In this document: positions 29,515-40,042 of the stretch, one piece after another
Numbering within the stretch: position 1 is the first letter of the stretch
How the letters are laid out: the number at the start of each line of letters is the position of its first letter
Origin: an uncultured Ignavibacteriales bacterium
Lineage (GTDB): Bacteria; Bacteroidota; Ignavibacteria; Tepidaquicellales; OLB5
Direction: 5' to 3'
Length of the DNA: 64,000 nucleotides
NCBI GenBank assembly: GCA_964461265.1
Contig: CAYWTS010000007.1
Span: 10,906-74,905 of the forward strand
The notes under the pieces: generated by a model
Database searches by the model: none
The model's input: the letters and a program-made list of their open reading frames with translations, nothing else
Told to the model about the DNA's origin: nothing
Position numbers and translations under genes: made by a program

Positions 29515-30891
29515 TTAATGCCCTTTCATGAAAATTATCACAATTAATGTATTTGCCATTATCTTAAAATCAAGCCGTAACGACATATTCTCGATATAAT
29601 AGAAATCATAATTCAGCTTCACTTTCACATCATCAAGAGACGAATCATATTTATGTTTAACCTGAGCCCATCCCGTAATACCGGGTTTAATACTAAGTCT
29701 TTTATAATAATACGGGAATTCTTTTTTAAACAGTTCCACAAAATGAGGTCTTTCAGGTCTCGGACCTACTAAACTCATCTCGTTCTTTAAGACATTCCAT
29801 AATTGCGGTATTTCATCAAAATAAACTTTTCTCATTATCCTCCCAACTTTAGTAATTCTATGATCACGCTCACCCGCCCATTCAGGCCCGTACTCTTCTG
29901 CATTAACAATCATCGATCTGAATTTATACATTGTAAACAGTTTGCTGTTTTTCCCTATCCTTTCCTGTTTATAAAATATCGGACCTTTTGAAGTCAATTT
30001 AATTAACAAAATCATAATAATAATAAATGGCAAAGCACATACTAAAACCAGTACCGAAATAATCACATCTATTACTCTCTTCAAGATCCTCGAGGTATAA
30101 GGCAATATTTCAGGCATTACTTCAATAAGCGGGACGCCATAAATCTGATTTGTCTTTACCAGACCGCTAACTATTTCATAGGTATCCGGCATTATTTTCA
30201 GGTTTACCTTACCCTGTGGTGAATATTTAATTATATCGAATAACTTATCTTTCTCCTTAGATTCCAGTGCTACAAGAATCTCGGTGATACCAAATTTTTC
30301 AATTATCACAGGTAATTCTCTAAGTTCTCCTAAAACATTTTTTTCAGTGCTCTTTTTTAAAGAAACAAATCCCTTAATATTATAACCAAGCTGTTTATAT
30401 CTTCCTATCAGCGAGTTCAGATCCATCGCTCTGGGACCGGTTCCCACTATCAGCGTATTCCTTACTCCTATTCCTTTTTCAAGCAGAGTTATTTGAAAAC
30501 TACGTATTATTATTCTGCCTGCACTTACACACAATATCATCAATCCCCAGTAAATCAGAATTAATAATCTAGATATTACGTGAGCACCGTTGATAAAATC
30601 GTCTATAAAAATAACAAAAAACAACAGAATACACCCTAAGCTGACAGATTTTACAATCGATGAAAACTCATCGAACCGAGACCTGACAAACCATACCTGA
30701 TACATACCCAAAAACGAGAAAATAATAATCCAGTACACATAAATTATTACAAGAGGCAAGATGAAGGATGGTGATGTTGTAAATATTATCCACCCCGACT
30801 CAACGCGAATGTAATAATACAATCCCCACGCAAGATTAATAAAAATAAAATCAGAAATAATAAGCAAAAATATTTCTTTAGACTTGGACAA
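29515..30891 (-). CDS. Polyprenyl-phosphate phosphoglycosyl transferase (WbaP/EPS initiating sugar transferase)
   Basis: Four N-terminal TM helices and a Rossmann-like TLIVGTG domain. The full catalytic domain is present: KRVIDVIIS...KGPIFYKQERIG...YKFRSM...DEIPQLWNVLKNEMSLVGPRP...KPGITGWAQV. Confidence 0.88.
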   Translation of the reverse strand: MSKSKEIFLLIISDFIFINLAWGLYYYIRVESGWIIFTTSPSFILPLVIIYVYWIIIFSFLGMYQVWFVRSRFDEFSSIVKSVSLGCILLFFVIFIDDFINGAHVISRLLILIYWGLMILCVSAGRIIIRSFQITLLEKGIGVRNTLIVGTGPRAMDLNSLIGRYKQLGYNIKGFVSLKKSTEKNVLGELRELPVIIEKFGITEILVALESKEKDKLFDIIKYSPQGKVNLKIMPDTYEIVSGLVKTNQIYGVPLIEVMPEILPYTSRILKRVIDVIISVLVLVCALPFIIIMILLIKLTSKGPIFYKQERIGKNSKLFTMYKFRSMIVNAEEYGPEWAGERDHRITKVGRIMRKVYFDEIPQLWNVLKNEMSLVGPRPERPHFVELFKKEFPYYYKRLSIKPGITGWAQVKHKYDSSLDDVKVKLNYDFYYIENMSLRLDFKIMANTLIVIIFMKGH

Positions 30892-31054
30892 TGATAAAAA
30901 TTCAAGAAATTATTAACTCCCAAATCAATAAATTAAGACAGTCCTTATACAATACTATTTTTACTGTGTGATAATAAGAGGTAATGTTCAACTATATTTT
31001 TAATTTAATATTAAAAAAACAAATAAGATTAAATGTAAAAAATGAAATAATTAC

Positions 31055-31840
31055 CTAAATTTTAGGTTTCAACAAATATTTATGTTTGTAAAAGTAATAA
31101 ATCAACCCTTTAATATGTTCGAAAGTAGTTTTGGTAAACATATTTCTTGACATACGCTGATAATGATGTTTTGCTGAAACAAAAGGGTAATAAACAATTT
31201 TATATCCTTTTTGCCAAATCCTTAAACAATAATCGATATCTTCTGGACCTGCAAAATATTTTTCGTCAAGTGTACCTACAATATCTATTAATTCTCTTTT
31301 AAAGACCCAAAAGGCAGCAACAGCATAATCTATTTCTTTTATTGTATTATGATCCCAATCTGCCAGCAGCTGGGTACGGTATATTTTCATATTTTTTACA
31401 AAATGAAGAAAATCCAACCTCCTGAGAATGGGTGTATAGATTTTAATAAAATGCTTGCAACTGTTTTGTATGCATCCGTCATTTAATATCAACTTCGGTG
31501 AAATAAGCCCCGTCTTTTCATCAGACTTAAGGTAATCAATAAGCTTTTTGAAAGTATCATATTCCAGTAATTCTATATCAGAATCCACAAATGCTATAAA
31601 CTCACCCTTAGCTACTTTCAAACCTTTATTACGTTGTGTTATTCCAAGATTCGTTTTATTTCTAATGATAATCACATCTTTAAATTCCTTATACAGCATC
31701 TCAATTGTATTATCGGTAGAGCCATTATCAACAATAATAATTTCAAAATCTACATTATTTGTGTACTTATATATTGAGTTCAGGCAATCCCTCAGATAAT
31801 CCTTGGTATTCCATGTCATAATAATAATAGATAAAGTCAT
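31055..31840 (-). CDS. Glycosyltransferase family 2
   Basis: LSIIIMTWN...[11 protein letters not shown]...VDSDIE...PEDIDYCLR motifs. Confidence 0.78.
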   Translation of the reverse strand: MTLSIIIMTWNTKDYLRDCLNSIYKYTNNVDFEIIIVDNGSTDNTIEMLYKEFKDVIIIRNKTNLGITQRNKGLKVAKGEFIAFVDSDIELLEYDTFKKLIDYLKSDEKTGLISPKLILNDGCIQNSCKHFIKIYTPILRRLDFLHFVKNMKIYRTQLLADWDHNTIKEIDYAVAAFWVFKRELIDIVGTLDEKYFAGPEDIDYCLRIWQKGYKIVYYPFVSAKHHYQRMSRNMFTKTTFEHIKGLIYYFYKHKYLLKPKI

Positions 31841-32003
31841 GTCGTAATATTTTGCTATAATTTAAAAGTTAACAAGAATTATAACTAATATTTATTAACT
31901 TCAAAGGCACATTGTATTAAAATAATTATAATAAATTCCATAATCTTTAAATAATTTCAAATTATTTATATTTTACAAAAAATTTATTAAGTGTGGAATC
32001 AAA

Positions 32004-33218
32004 CTAATTTTTTGAGAGGATAAGCTTATTTAACAAATTATAAAATAACTCAGCCTTAGATTCCCATGTATGGAATTTAGATAATTCAAGTATTTTTACC
32101 TTTAGATTCAAAATTTCATGTTTTGGAAGTTCGGCTAATGTTCTGACAAATTCATTAAACTGGTATTTATCCTGTGCTATTTTTGCAATATCGGAATATT
32201 TCGCTTTCAAATCACCCATATTAGTAGCTACAACAGGAATTCCTGCCCCCATAAATTCATAAAATTTATTCGGGTTCACACTGAGCATAAATTCATTTAC
32301 TTTAAAGGGAATAATTCCAATATCTATATAGAAAAAATATCTAAATAAATCGTAGTAAGGTATTCTGCCAGTAATGCAAATATTTGAGTATTTTGTTGTG
32401 ATATTCGTAAACTGTGCTGCGGCGTTTTTATTCACTTCTCCTATAAAAATAAATGTATAATTGGGGTTTGACTTTATTAAATACTCAAGCATATCAAAAT
32501 CCATCCAGTTACGAATATTGCCCACATATCCGATAACAGGTTTTTTGAGCTTCTCCATAAGTTCATTCTTTACAACATCATTAAATGAAAAATTCTTTTC
32601 AATAAAACCGTTTTCAACCAGATATGTATTAACATTAGCTTGCTTATTCCTTTCAAACAATACATTTGATGTTGTTATGACAAAATCACATTTCTGCGAA
32701 AGCAACTTTTCCCTTTTCCGGTTGCCAAGCACTTTAATTTTATTCATGCTTGATGTAACACAGTGATCATCGCAACAATCATACACCGCGCCTTTTTCAC
32801 CCGTGTTACCTATAAGAAAATTAAGTTCAGGACGGTGAAGAACCAGGATCGTAGATTTTATCTCTTTGTCAATTTTTTTTAAACATTTCTTTATTTGTCT
32901 TCTGACTAATATACTATTAATAACTGATAAAGGTTTGAATCTGGTTGACAGTAGTATATGTTCAAATGTAAATGCAGGGACCACAAAAAGATTATCCAGA
33001 ACTTTCCTGAATTTATACTTTCTTTTTATCCATTTTATGAACCTTTCAGGATAAACAAATAAATTAAAAACTGAGAATATTGTCGGCTCCAGGCCAAGAA
33101 TGTAACCATCGTGCTTCTTAATTTCTGATGCAATAGTTTTTATGAATTGTTCGCGATGGTAATTTTCCCAAGGGGTAGAAAGAGTATATATCAGACAAAA
33201 TTTTGGATTAGAAGCCAT
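32004..33218 (-). CDS. GT-B fold glycosyltransferase (TuaH-like), paralog of 34439-35626
   Basis: VIGYVGNIRNWMDFDMLEYLI...FIFIG...IPFK...NPNKFYEFMGAGIPVVAT. The family name is from memory only. Confidence 0.55.
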   Translation of the reverse strand: MASNPKFCLIYTLSTPWENYHREQFIKTIASEIKKHDGYILGLEPTIFSVFNLFVYPERFIKWIKRKYKFRKVLDNLFVVPAFTFEHILLSTRFKPLSVINSILVRRQIKKCLKKIDKEIKSTILVLHRPELNFLIGNTGEKGAVYDCCDDHCVTSSMNKIKVLGNRKREKLLSQKCDFVITTSNVLFERNKQANVNTYLVENGFIEKNFSFNDVVKNELMEKLKKPVIGYVGNIRNWMDFDMLEYLIKSNPNYTFIFIGEVNKNAAAQFTNITTKYSNICITGRIPYYDLFRYFFYIDIGIIPFKVNEFMLSVNPNKFYEFMGAGIPVVATNMGDLKAKYSDIAKIAQDKYQFNEFVRTLAELPKHEILNLKVKILELSKFHTWESKAELFYNLLNKLILSKN

Positions 33219-33240
33219 TTATCATTAATTCCTTAATGGA

Positions 33241-34395
33241 TTAAACCCCAGTATTTATGAGCTCAAGATAATATTTCTCCATATCCTTACAAGTTCGTTC
33301 TTCTTTAAAATCATTCTTAACCCTTTGCAATCCCGATTCCCCCATCTTATTTATCAGAGAATTATCTGTTATTAACTTTATCATTGATGAGCTGAGTTTT
33401 TCAACGAAAGAATTTTCAATTAAAAAACCTGTCTTTTCATGGATAATAATTTCTTTAATTCCTGAAACATTTTTAGATGTAAGTGCAATAACTGGTTTTT
33501 TCAATGCCATCGCTTCCTGAACCACGTATGATATACCTTCCCATAATGAAGTTTGAACCATAACATCGAAAGTATTTATGTAATCGTATATATTTTCTTT
33601 ATATCCGATGAATTGAAAGTTGTTACCTAAGCCAAGTGATTCTTTGAGATTATATAATTCATTATATAGGCTCCCATCTCCGATAATACAGAACTTTACA
33701 TTTTCAAATTGCTTATTCACTATAGCAGCTGCCTTTATAAACATATCAAAACCCTTCTGGCGTTCTAACCTGCCTACTGCACCTATTAGCAATTCCTGAT
33801 TATTCACCAGTGAAGAACGAATGTTGAAATTACAGACTTTATTCTGTATTTCTTCTACATTAACACCATTATATGTTAACCTGATTTTTTCCGGATTATA
33901 ACCGAAATATTTAATCATAGTATCCCTTTCATATTCTCCTACTGCTATAGTTAATTCAAACCTTCGGGATTTCAATTTTTGAAATGATTTAGTGAGAAAG
34001 GAAAGATTTTTTAATTCAGGTTCAGCCCAAAACACGCCATGCCGTGTATGTACTAATTTTGACCTCGTAAATATTCCTGCAAGAAAGCCACCGTATGAAT
34101 TCAAATGTGTGTGGATAATTTCAAATTTTTCTTTTCTGAATAAATTAATTAATTTCCGCACGCCGGAAGATTCAAGCATTCCAGCCAGCTTATTTTTTTT
34201 ATTAGGCATTCTGCCCGCGATAACATTTTTAACCCCATATTTGTCTAAAATCGCATTGAAATTGCCAGATACCGGAGTAGCAACCCAATGTTCAAATATA
34301 TCCCTGTTTGCATATTTCACTATTGAAAGAATATGCCTTTCAGTCCCATATAATTCGCCATTTGGTGATATATGTAAAACTTTTATTTTACTCAA
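33241..34395 (-). CDS. Glycosyltransferase family 4 (GT-B)
   Basis: VLHISP...GTERH N-terminus, VGRLERQKGFD, TSLWEGISYVVQEAMALKKPVIA and the E-x7-E region. Confidence 0.8.
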   Translation of the reverse strand: MSKIKVLHISPNGELYGTERHILSIVKYANRDIFEHWVATPVSGNFNAILDKYGVKNVIAGRMPNKKNKLAGMLESSGVRKLINLFRKEKFEIIHTHLNSYGGFLAGIFTRSKLVHTRHGVFWAEPELKNLSFLTKSFQKLKSRRFELTIAVGEYERDTMIKYFGYNPEKIRLTYNGVNVEEIQNKVCNFNIRSSLVNNQELLIGAVGRLERQKGFDMFIKAAAIVNKQFENVKFCIIGDGSLYNELYNLKESLGLGNNFQFIGYKENIYDYINTFDVMVQTSLWEGISYVVQEAMALKKPVIALTSKNVSGIKEIIIHEKTGFLIENSFVEKLSSSMIKLITDNSLINKMGESGLQRVKNDFKEERTCKDMEKYYLELINTGV

Positions 34396-34438
34396 TATAG
34401 GTATCTGTTAAGTTATATTAAAAATATATTGAAAATTA

Positions 34439-35626
34439 TTATTTATTTATATTAAGTTTTTCTTTTAATATTCTGTAAAAAATATCTGCTCTGTTATTCC
34501 ATGTGTTTTGTTTGGCTAATTCAATATATTGATTCTTGAATTGTGAAAACCTGCCATTTACCGCATCTTGACAATTTTTCAGAAACTCTTCTTTTGAATT
34601 CGAGTAACCTATTATGTTCGAAAATCCGGATAACTCATTTAATGCTGTAGTTATGACCGGAATTCCATAAGCCATATACTCGTAAAATTTGTTCGGGAAC
34701 ACCGAATCCATAAAAACATTGTTCCTGAATGGTATAATTCCTGCTTTAAACTTCTTCAGATAATGATACAGCAGGTTTTGCTCTTTAAATTTAATCCATA
34801 TAAAATTCTTATATTTCATCAAAACCTTAATATTTCTAGCTGCATTTTTATAAAGCGGTCCAATGAAAACAAAATAACAATCGTCCAAATTTTCTAGCAG
34901 ATACTCAATTAATTCAAAATCTAACCAGCAGCGTATTCCCCCCAGATAACCAATAACCGGTTTACTTACATTATCGATTTCCGTTTTATAATTAACATTA
35001 ATTTCTTTCGTCAGAATCTCAAAATTGTTGCCATTTGGAATGTGAAAAACGTTTTTATTATACTGTATAGCGTAATTGAACATGGTTTTCGATGTTGAAA
35101 ACACCAAATCGGACTTTATAATTAAGTCAATATTCACGTTGTAATCCGGATAAATAACTATTTCTTTGCAGGCATCGTAACTAACGTTATCCTGTATATA
35201 ATATATAACATAATCTTGCTTAAAAATCTGTGAAAGTGGATAAAGTTTAGGTGTATAAACCCAGAGTACTATTTTTCTGTTTTGATAATTTTTTTTAATA
35301 AAACTTTTTAACTGATGTTTAATGAGAAAATTATCTAAAAAAGATAAAATTTTCCTCGTAAGCCAGTAAGATATGTGAAACGGGATAACCGGTGTAAATA
35401 AGGTTATATTTTCATTTACTTTTTTACTCTTATAGTATCCCTTCAAAAATTTCCTGAAACGTGTTCTGAAATTCAGAAGTAAGTCGGGTATAAAAAACAG
35501 CGGTTTTTGTACTACTAGCCATTGGGATGATTGCTTAGTTTTGATGCTTAATTCATATATTAAGTGTTTCCCAGCATCAATCTCCCATTCATCCATAATG
35601 AATATTACATTAACAAATTTATCCAT
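34439..35626 (-). CDS. GT-B fold glycosyltransferase (TuaH-like), paralog of 32004-33218
   Basis: VIGYLGGIRCWLDFELIEYLL...FVFIGP...IPFR...FPNKFYEYMAYGIPVITT. Confidence 0.55.
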   Translation of the reverse strand: MDKFVNVIFIMDEWEIDAGKHLIYELSIKTKQSSQWLVVQKPLFFIPDLLLNFRTRFRKFLKGYYKSKKVNENITLFTPVIPFHISYWLTRKILSFLDNFLIKHQLKSFIKKNYQNRKIVLWVYTPKLYPLSQIFKQDYVIYYIQDNVSYDACKEIVIYPDYNVNIDLIIKSDLVFSTSKTMFNYAIQYNKNVFHIPNGNNFEILTKEINVNYKTEIDNVSKPVIGYLGGIRCWLDFELIEYLLENLDDCYFVFIGPLYKNAARNIKVLMKYKNFIWIKFKEQNLLYHYLKKFKAGIIPFRNNVFMDSVFPNKFYEYMAYGIPVITTALNELSGFSNIIGYSNSKEEFLKNCQDAVNGRFSQFKNQYIELAKQNTWNNRADIFYRILKEKLNINK

Positions 35627-36428
35627 CGTTCAGAGTAAACAACTTTTTGGCTATAAGATACATCTTTCTTAGAAACATAAAAAAAGAATACGACAGCTTA
35701 TTTAGATTTTTCTCTATAAAATACTTCTCGGATTCATCGAAATGCTTCGATGTACGTGTTAAAACGGAGCTATTATGGAAAGCTACTATATACGGATAAT
35801 ATAAAATTTTGTGACCAAGCTTGCATACTCTCAGGCATAAATCCTCTTCTTCTTTATATAAAAAAAAGTGCTCATCAAAGCCGTTTACTTTTTCGAAGAT
35901 GTCTCTTTCAATAAGAAAGAAAGCACCCGAAACCCAGGCAGCCTCAATCGGTTTATCCCGTTTTACCCAATAACTCCTGCCTATTTTGCGTCTCAACCTT
36001 GCTCTTAACGCAAGCAATTCTCCATGGTCATAAAAACCGTCTTTGTCTAAGTCGTTGATTAATTTAATTCCCAGAACTTTAATTTTCTGATTATCGTTCA
36101 TATATTTAAGGGAATTTAAAATTGTATCTTTCTGTATGAACCTGATATCAGGATTCAATAACAATATATACTTTGAGTCGAATTTCTGTGCTAACAGATT
36201 ATGGGCTGCTCCGAAACCAAGGTTTTTCTCCGAATAAAAGAACTGGACACCCTTATCTTTGTATTGTATCTCCAAATCACTCAAATCATCATCCGAATGA
36301 TTGTCGAGAATAACGATTTTGACAGTATAGTTCAGCCCTTCAATATCCTTTATTAATCCTTTAAGACATTGAGCCAAAAAGGTCTTAGTATTATAATTGA
36401 CAATCTGTATAATAATATGATACTTCAC
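35619..36428 (-). CDS. Glycosyltransferase family 2
   Basis: IVNYN...ILDNHSDD...GFGAAHN...LNPD...EEDLCLR. Confidence 0.75.
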   Translation of the reverse strand: MKYHIIIQIVNYNTKTFLAQCLKGLIKDIEGLNYTVKIVILDNHSDDDLSDLEIQYKDKGVQFFYSEKNLGFGAAHNLLAQKFDSKYILLLNPDIRFIQKDTILNSLKYMNDNQKIKVLGIKLINDLDKDGFYDHGELLALRARLRRKIGRSYWVKRDKPIEAAWVSGAFFLIERDIFEKVNGFDEHFFLYKEEEDLCLRVCKLGHKILYYPYIVAFHNSSVLTRTSKHFDESEKYFIEKNLNKLSYSFFMFLRKMYLIAKKLFTLNDG

Positions 36429-37624
36429 AACAATTTATTATTTATGATCTTCAGAAATATTTCTTCGGTTCTATGCATAGCAATTTTTAAATTGAATTTA
36501 TCCTTAAAAGTGTGGTAAGCTTCAGATGCCAGTGAATTATAAAAAGATGTGTCAGAGATTAATTTTGCCATAGATGCAGCTAAGTTATTTTTTTTAAAAT
36601 CAATTAAAATACCGTTAACATTGTTTAAAATTATTTCAGGTATACCACCTACTTTAGTTGAAATTACAGGTTTTTTGAATCTGAATGCTTCTAACAGCGA
36701 AATCGGCATACCTTCGGTGACCGAAGTTATAATCAGTGAATCCGATAATTTCAGAATATTCAGTAATGAAGATTTAGGGAGTTCCCCTAAAAAAAAACAA
36801 TATTTCTCAGATGAAGAAGATTGAAGCTTTGCATGTAACTTTTTGAAATACTTCTCAGATGGATTATATGGACCGACAAAAAAAATATATGGCATCTGGC
36901 AGTTTGATTTTTTAAGTTCAGCTAATGCTTCAACAATTAAATTTTGATTTTTCCTTTCTTGTATTGGTCCTATGTTTATGAACTTAAAAAAATTTTTGCT
37001 GCTTAAAATATCATAATGCTCATCAGATAGTAATCCCTTTAAATCAGAAATATTACTTACATTATTTTCCTCAACAGCCGGATAAACGCAATCTATTTTA
37101 GTTGTACTTGTAGATATTTCTATATCTTTTTTCTTAGTGTTGGAATTAGCTATAAAATAACAATTACACCATTTGAGTATTTTATATATAAAATGTCTCA
37201 GAAAAATAGGGTTGATATCTTCTCTTACAAATACTACAACTTTGTAACCTAGAAAACGCAAAACAATGGCAGGCCATAATAAAACAATGGCATTTATGAT
37301 GCATAAATCATAATTCTTATTTCTTGAAAATTTAAGGATTTGAAAAAATTGTATAAAGAATTTCAATAAATATCTCACATACGCTGTGAATTTATCATTT
37401 ACTACAGGTATATAACCCCATTGATAAACCGCCCATTTATCGCAATAACTACTGTATTTTAATTTGTTTTCTCCTTCTGGAAATAAGGCGTGAATTTCAT
37501 ATTTGAATTTTAAATTGGTAAAATATTTCAGCAGCCTTTCGAATTCCTCTTCACCTCCGCCAGTCATAGCAGAACTATGTGTGATAAAAAGCAGTTTTTT
37601 CCTATTTATCTTTGATATAGTCAC
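36425..37624 (-). CDS. Glycosyltransferase family 4 (GT-B)
   Basis: ITHSSAMTGGGEEEFERL N-terminus and ITSVTEGMPISLLEAFRFKKPVISTKVGGIPEII at the C-terminus. Confidence 0.75.
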   Translation of the reverse strand: MTISKINRKKLLFITHSSAMTGGGEEEFERLLKYFTNLKFKYEIHALFPEGENKLKYSSYCDKWAVYQWGYIPVVNDKFTAYVRYLLKFFIQFFQILKFSRNKNYDLCIINAIVLLWPAIVLRFLGYKVVVFVREDINPIFLRHFIYKILKWCNCYFIANSNTKKKDIEISTSTTKIDCVYPAVEENNVSNISDLKGLLSDEHYDILSSKNFFKFINIGPIQERKNQNLIVEALAELKKSNCQMPYIFFVGPYNPSEKYFKKLHAKLQSSSSEKYCFFLGELPKSSLLNILKLSDSLIITSVTEGMPISLLEAFRFKKPVISTKVGGIPEIILNNVNGILIDFKKNNLAASMAKLISDTSFYNSLASEAYHTFKDKFNLKIAMHRTEEIFLKIINNKLL

Positions 37625-37652
37625 AGCTCTGATTTTAAAGTGCTTCTGAAAA

Positions 37653-38573
37653 TCAAATGAATAAATTATTAATAAAATTTTTAATTTTTCTTTTTAAAAA
37701 ATAATTAAAAACAAACGGATTTAACAAAGAAACTGTAAATTTAAAAAACTGGAGAATAAAATCCTTATATAAGGGAATATTAATCAGGATTTTACACAAT
37801 TCTTTTCTTTGGATAGCCTCACCTATTTTTGCATTTAATTTGATTTCTTTATCGGGAGATGATTTATACGCAGAAATTATTTTAATTACTGCGTGTAATA
37901 ATCCTTTATAAATGTATTTTTCATCGAAAGATGAAGTATTAGAATGCCTGCGAAAAAATATTAATGCTTCATTTAAATAAAAAATACTGCAATATGTTGA
38001 TAATTTCAGCCATAATTCATAATCTTCAGCTGAGTTTGTGGAGTCTTTTTCAATAAACCGGTTGTATAATAATTCCTTTTTAAGAATTACCGAGGAGGTT
38101 ATTATGCAGTTTCCTAATAAAAGGTACTTTGTTTCAAGCAGCTTATCTTTTAATTCCCAAAGGTTCTTGAGTGGTTGTATTATTTCACCGTCAATATTAA
38201 TAATAGATGCATTTGAACAAACGAAGTCATACTTATCCAAGAGAGGAATTTGTTTTTCGAGTTTACCTGGAAGCCATATATCATCGTCATCACAAAAAGC
38301 TATATACCTTCCTTTTGATAACGAAATGCCAATATTTCTTAATTTCCCAAGATTGGCAAGACGGGCTGCTTTATAATAAACAATCCTTTTATCATTAAAT
38401 AATTTTACAGTATTTTCAGTCTCATCATCCGAACCATCATCAACAATTATTATTTCTAAGTTGTTATATTTTTGATTTAGTATTGAAGTAATAGTTGCTT
38501 TTAATAACTGAGCCCTGTTATGGGTCGGAACCACAACTGATACAAGCTCAATATTCTGGAAATTATTTTCCAT
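37653..38573 (-). CDS. Glycosyltransferase family 2
   Basis: VSVVVPTHNRA...IIVDDGSDDET...FCDDDDIW...AEDYELWLK. Confidence 0.8.
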   Translation of the reverse strand: MENNFQNIELVSVVVPTHNRAQLLKATITSILNQKYNNLEIIIVDDGSDDETENTVKLFNDKRIVYYKAARLANLGKLRNIGISLSKGRYIAFCDDDDIWLPGKLEKQIPLLDKYDFVCSNASIINIDGEIIQPLKNLWELKDKLLETKYLLLGNCIITSSVILKKELLYNRFIEKDSTNSAEDYELWLKLSTYCSIFYLNEALIFFRRHSNTSSFDEKYIYKGLLHAVIKIISAYKSSPDKEIKLNAKIGEAIQRKELCKILINIPLYKDFILQFFKFTVSLLNPFVFNYFLKRKIKNFINNLFI

Positions 38574-38583
38574 ACTTAATTAT

Positions 38584-39900
38584 TTATCGTGCTGACTTTA
38601 AAACATTATTAGAAATTAAAGAATATAATTCTTTTATCTCACTTTTTGTAATGGCAAATTTCATCCAGATAAACAATAAAGGCGCAATAATAAAATAACC
38701 GATAACAGTATCAATCTGAGATGTTATCATAATAGTAAAAAGAAATAACACAGAAAATAAAAGAGATATCTTATTATTTATATTTATTCTGAAATTATTT
38801 AATTTACGTAAATAATAATAGCTTATGATGCATACTATAAAATTACTTAAAGAATAAGCTAACACAGGGCTAAATAGCGACAAACCGTAATTAAGCAATA
38901 TAAAGAAAATAACAAAGTAAAGTATATGGTATAATAAAGCTATAATGGACCATAATAATATTTTTGAAGCTGGAATTAACCATGCACCGAAAACCCAAGT
39001 TAAAGCTTTGAAAAAATCACCAAGAAAATTATAAAAAAATAAATCCTTTGAGGACATAAAATTTTTAGAAAAAAACAAAACAATCAAAACTTCCCTGAAA
39101 ACAAAAGTCACCGCTATTACCGGAACGATAAAACTAATAGTAAACCTCAAAAAATTATTGACTTCATTATTCATAAGCTGCGTATCCTTCATCTCTGATA
39201 AAACGGGTATTGCGTATGTGGTCATAGTAATAAAAAACAGACTGATATAATTATTAGATATTGATGCGACACTCTGGTAGATACCATTTAAATCAGTGCC
39301 AAGATATTTGACTATAAAAGTACGGATTGAGAGTAAAGAAAATTGTTCTGCTGCACCGGTTATAAGATAGGCAATGCCAATGATGAAAATTAATTTTATT
39401 TCAGGCGATTTCTTTAAAATTCCTTTTAAGCTAAACCTAATATATTTCTGTTTTAGCATAACAAAAAAATATATAAGGAATGATAACAATGCATTTAAAA
39501 GAAAGGCGATCACTGCCCCTTCAATTCTTTTATATAAGACCAGAATCGCTGTTGTTATTACTGAAACAAAAGATATTGAAATGGATATTTTTACTGAAGT
39601 ATTGAATTTCTTGATGCCTTTTAAAAAAGCATCAAGAATTGAAACCCATAGCACAAATGGAAATGAAAAAGCAATTAAGATTATATAATGTCTATACTCG
39701 ATATTATCGAAAATCAAAATTGAAATAAAATCCGAGAAAAATATCGTTGAAACAGTAAAAATCAAACTTATAAAAAATACTATTATCAGGGATTTATTAA
39801 ATACAGCATAAATCCGTTCCCACTCATTATCTTTTTCCCAAACAGAAAAATACTTCATTAATCCTAACGGAAGTCCAATTACGCTGATAAATGTCACCAA
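38584..39900 (-). CDS. Wzx-type polysaccharide flippase (MOP superfamily). The N-terminus probably extends to about 40047.
   Basis: At least 12 TM helices with flippase-like spacing. A further 60 in-frame sense codons upstream encode a typical first Wzx TM segment but contain no ATG, GTG or TTG (see finding). Confidence 0.7.
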   Translation of the reverse strand: MVTFISVIGLPLGLMKYFSVWEKDNEWERIYAVFNKSLIIVFFISLIFTVSTIFFSDFISILIFDNIEYRHYIILIAFSFPFVLWVSILDAFLKGIKKFNTSVKISISISFVSVITTAILVLYKRIEGAVIAFLLNALLSFLIYFFVMLKQKYIRFSLKGILKKSPEIKLIFIIGIAYLITGAAEQFSLLSIRTFIVKYLGTDLNGIYQSVASISNNYISLFFITMTTYAIPVLSEMKDTQLMNNEVNNFLRFTISFIVPVIAVTFVFREVLIVLFFSKNFMSSKDLFFYNFLGDFFKALTWVFGAWLIPASKILLWSIIALLYHILYFVIFFILLNYGLSLFSPVLAYSLSNFIVCIISYYYLRKLNNFRININNKISLLFSVLFLFTIMITSQIDTVIGYFIIAPLLFIWMKFAITKSEIKELYSLISNNVLKSAR

Positions 39901-40042
39901 ATTGCTAAAATTAAAAACCTGAGATAATAATCCAACACCAAATGTACCTAATAATACAGCATATATCTTGGTTCTTACAAGACCACTGACAACATTAGCA
40001 ATTGTTGAAACCGATAATTTAAATATTGTTATTATTAATTTT

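Noticed and set aside
30892-32003. Two intergenic gaps of identical length (163 nt each) flanking the GT2 at 31055-31840, possibly duplicated cassette junctions.
   Set aside because: Reading the two gaps side by side shows no shared sequence blocks. The equal length appears coincidental.
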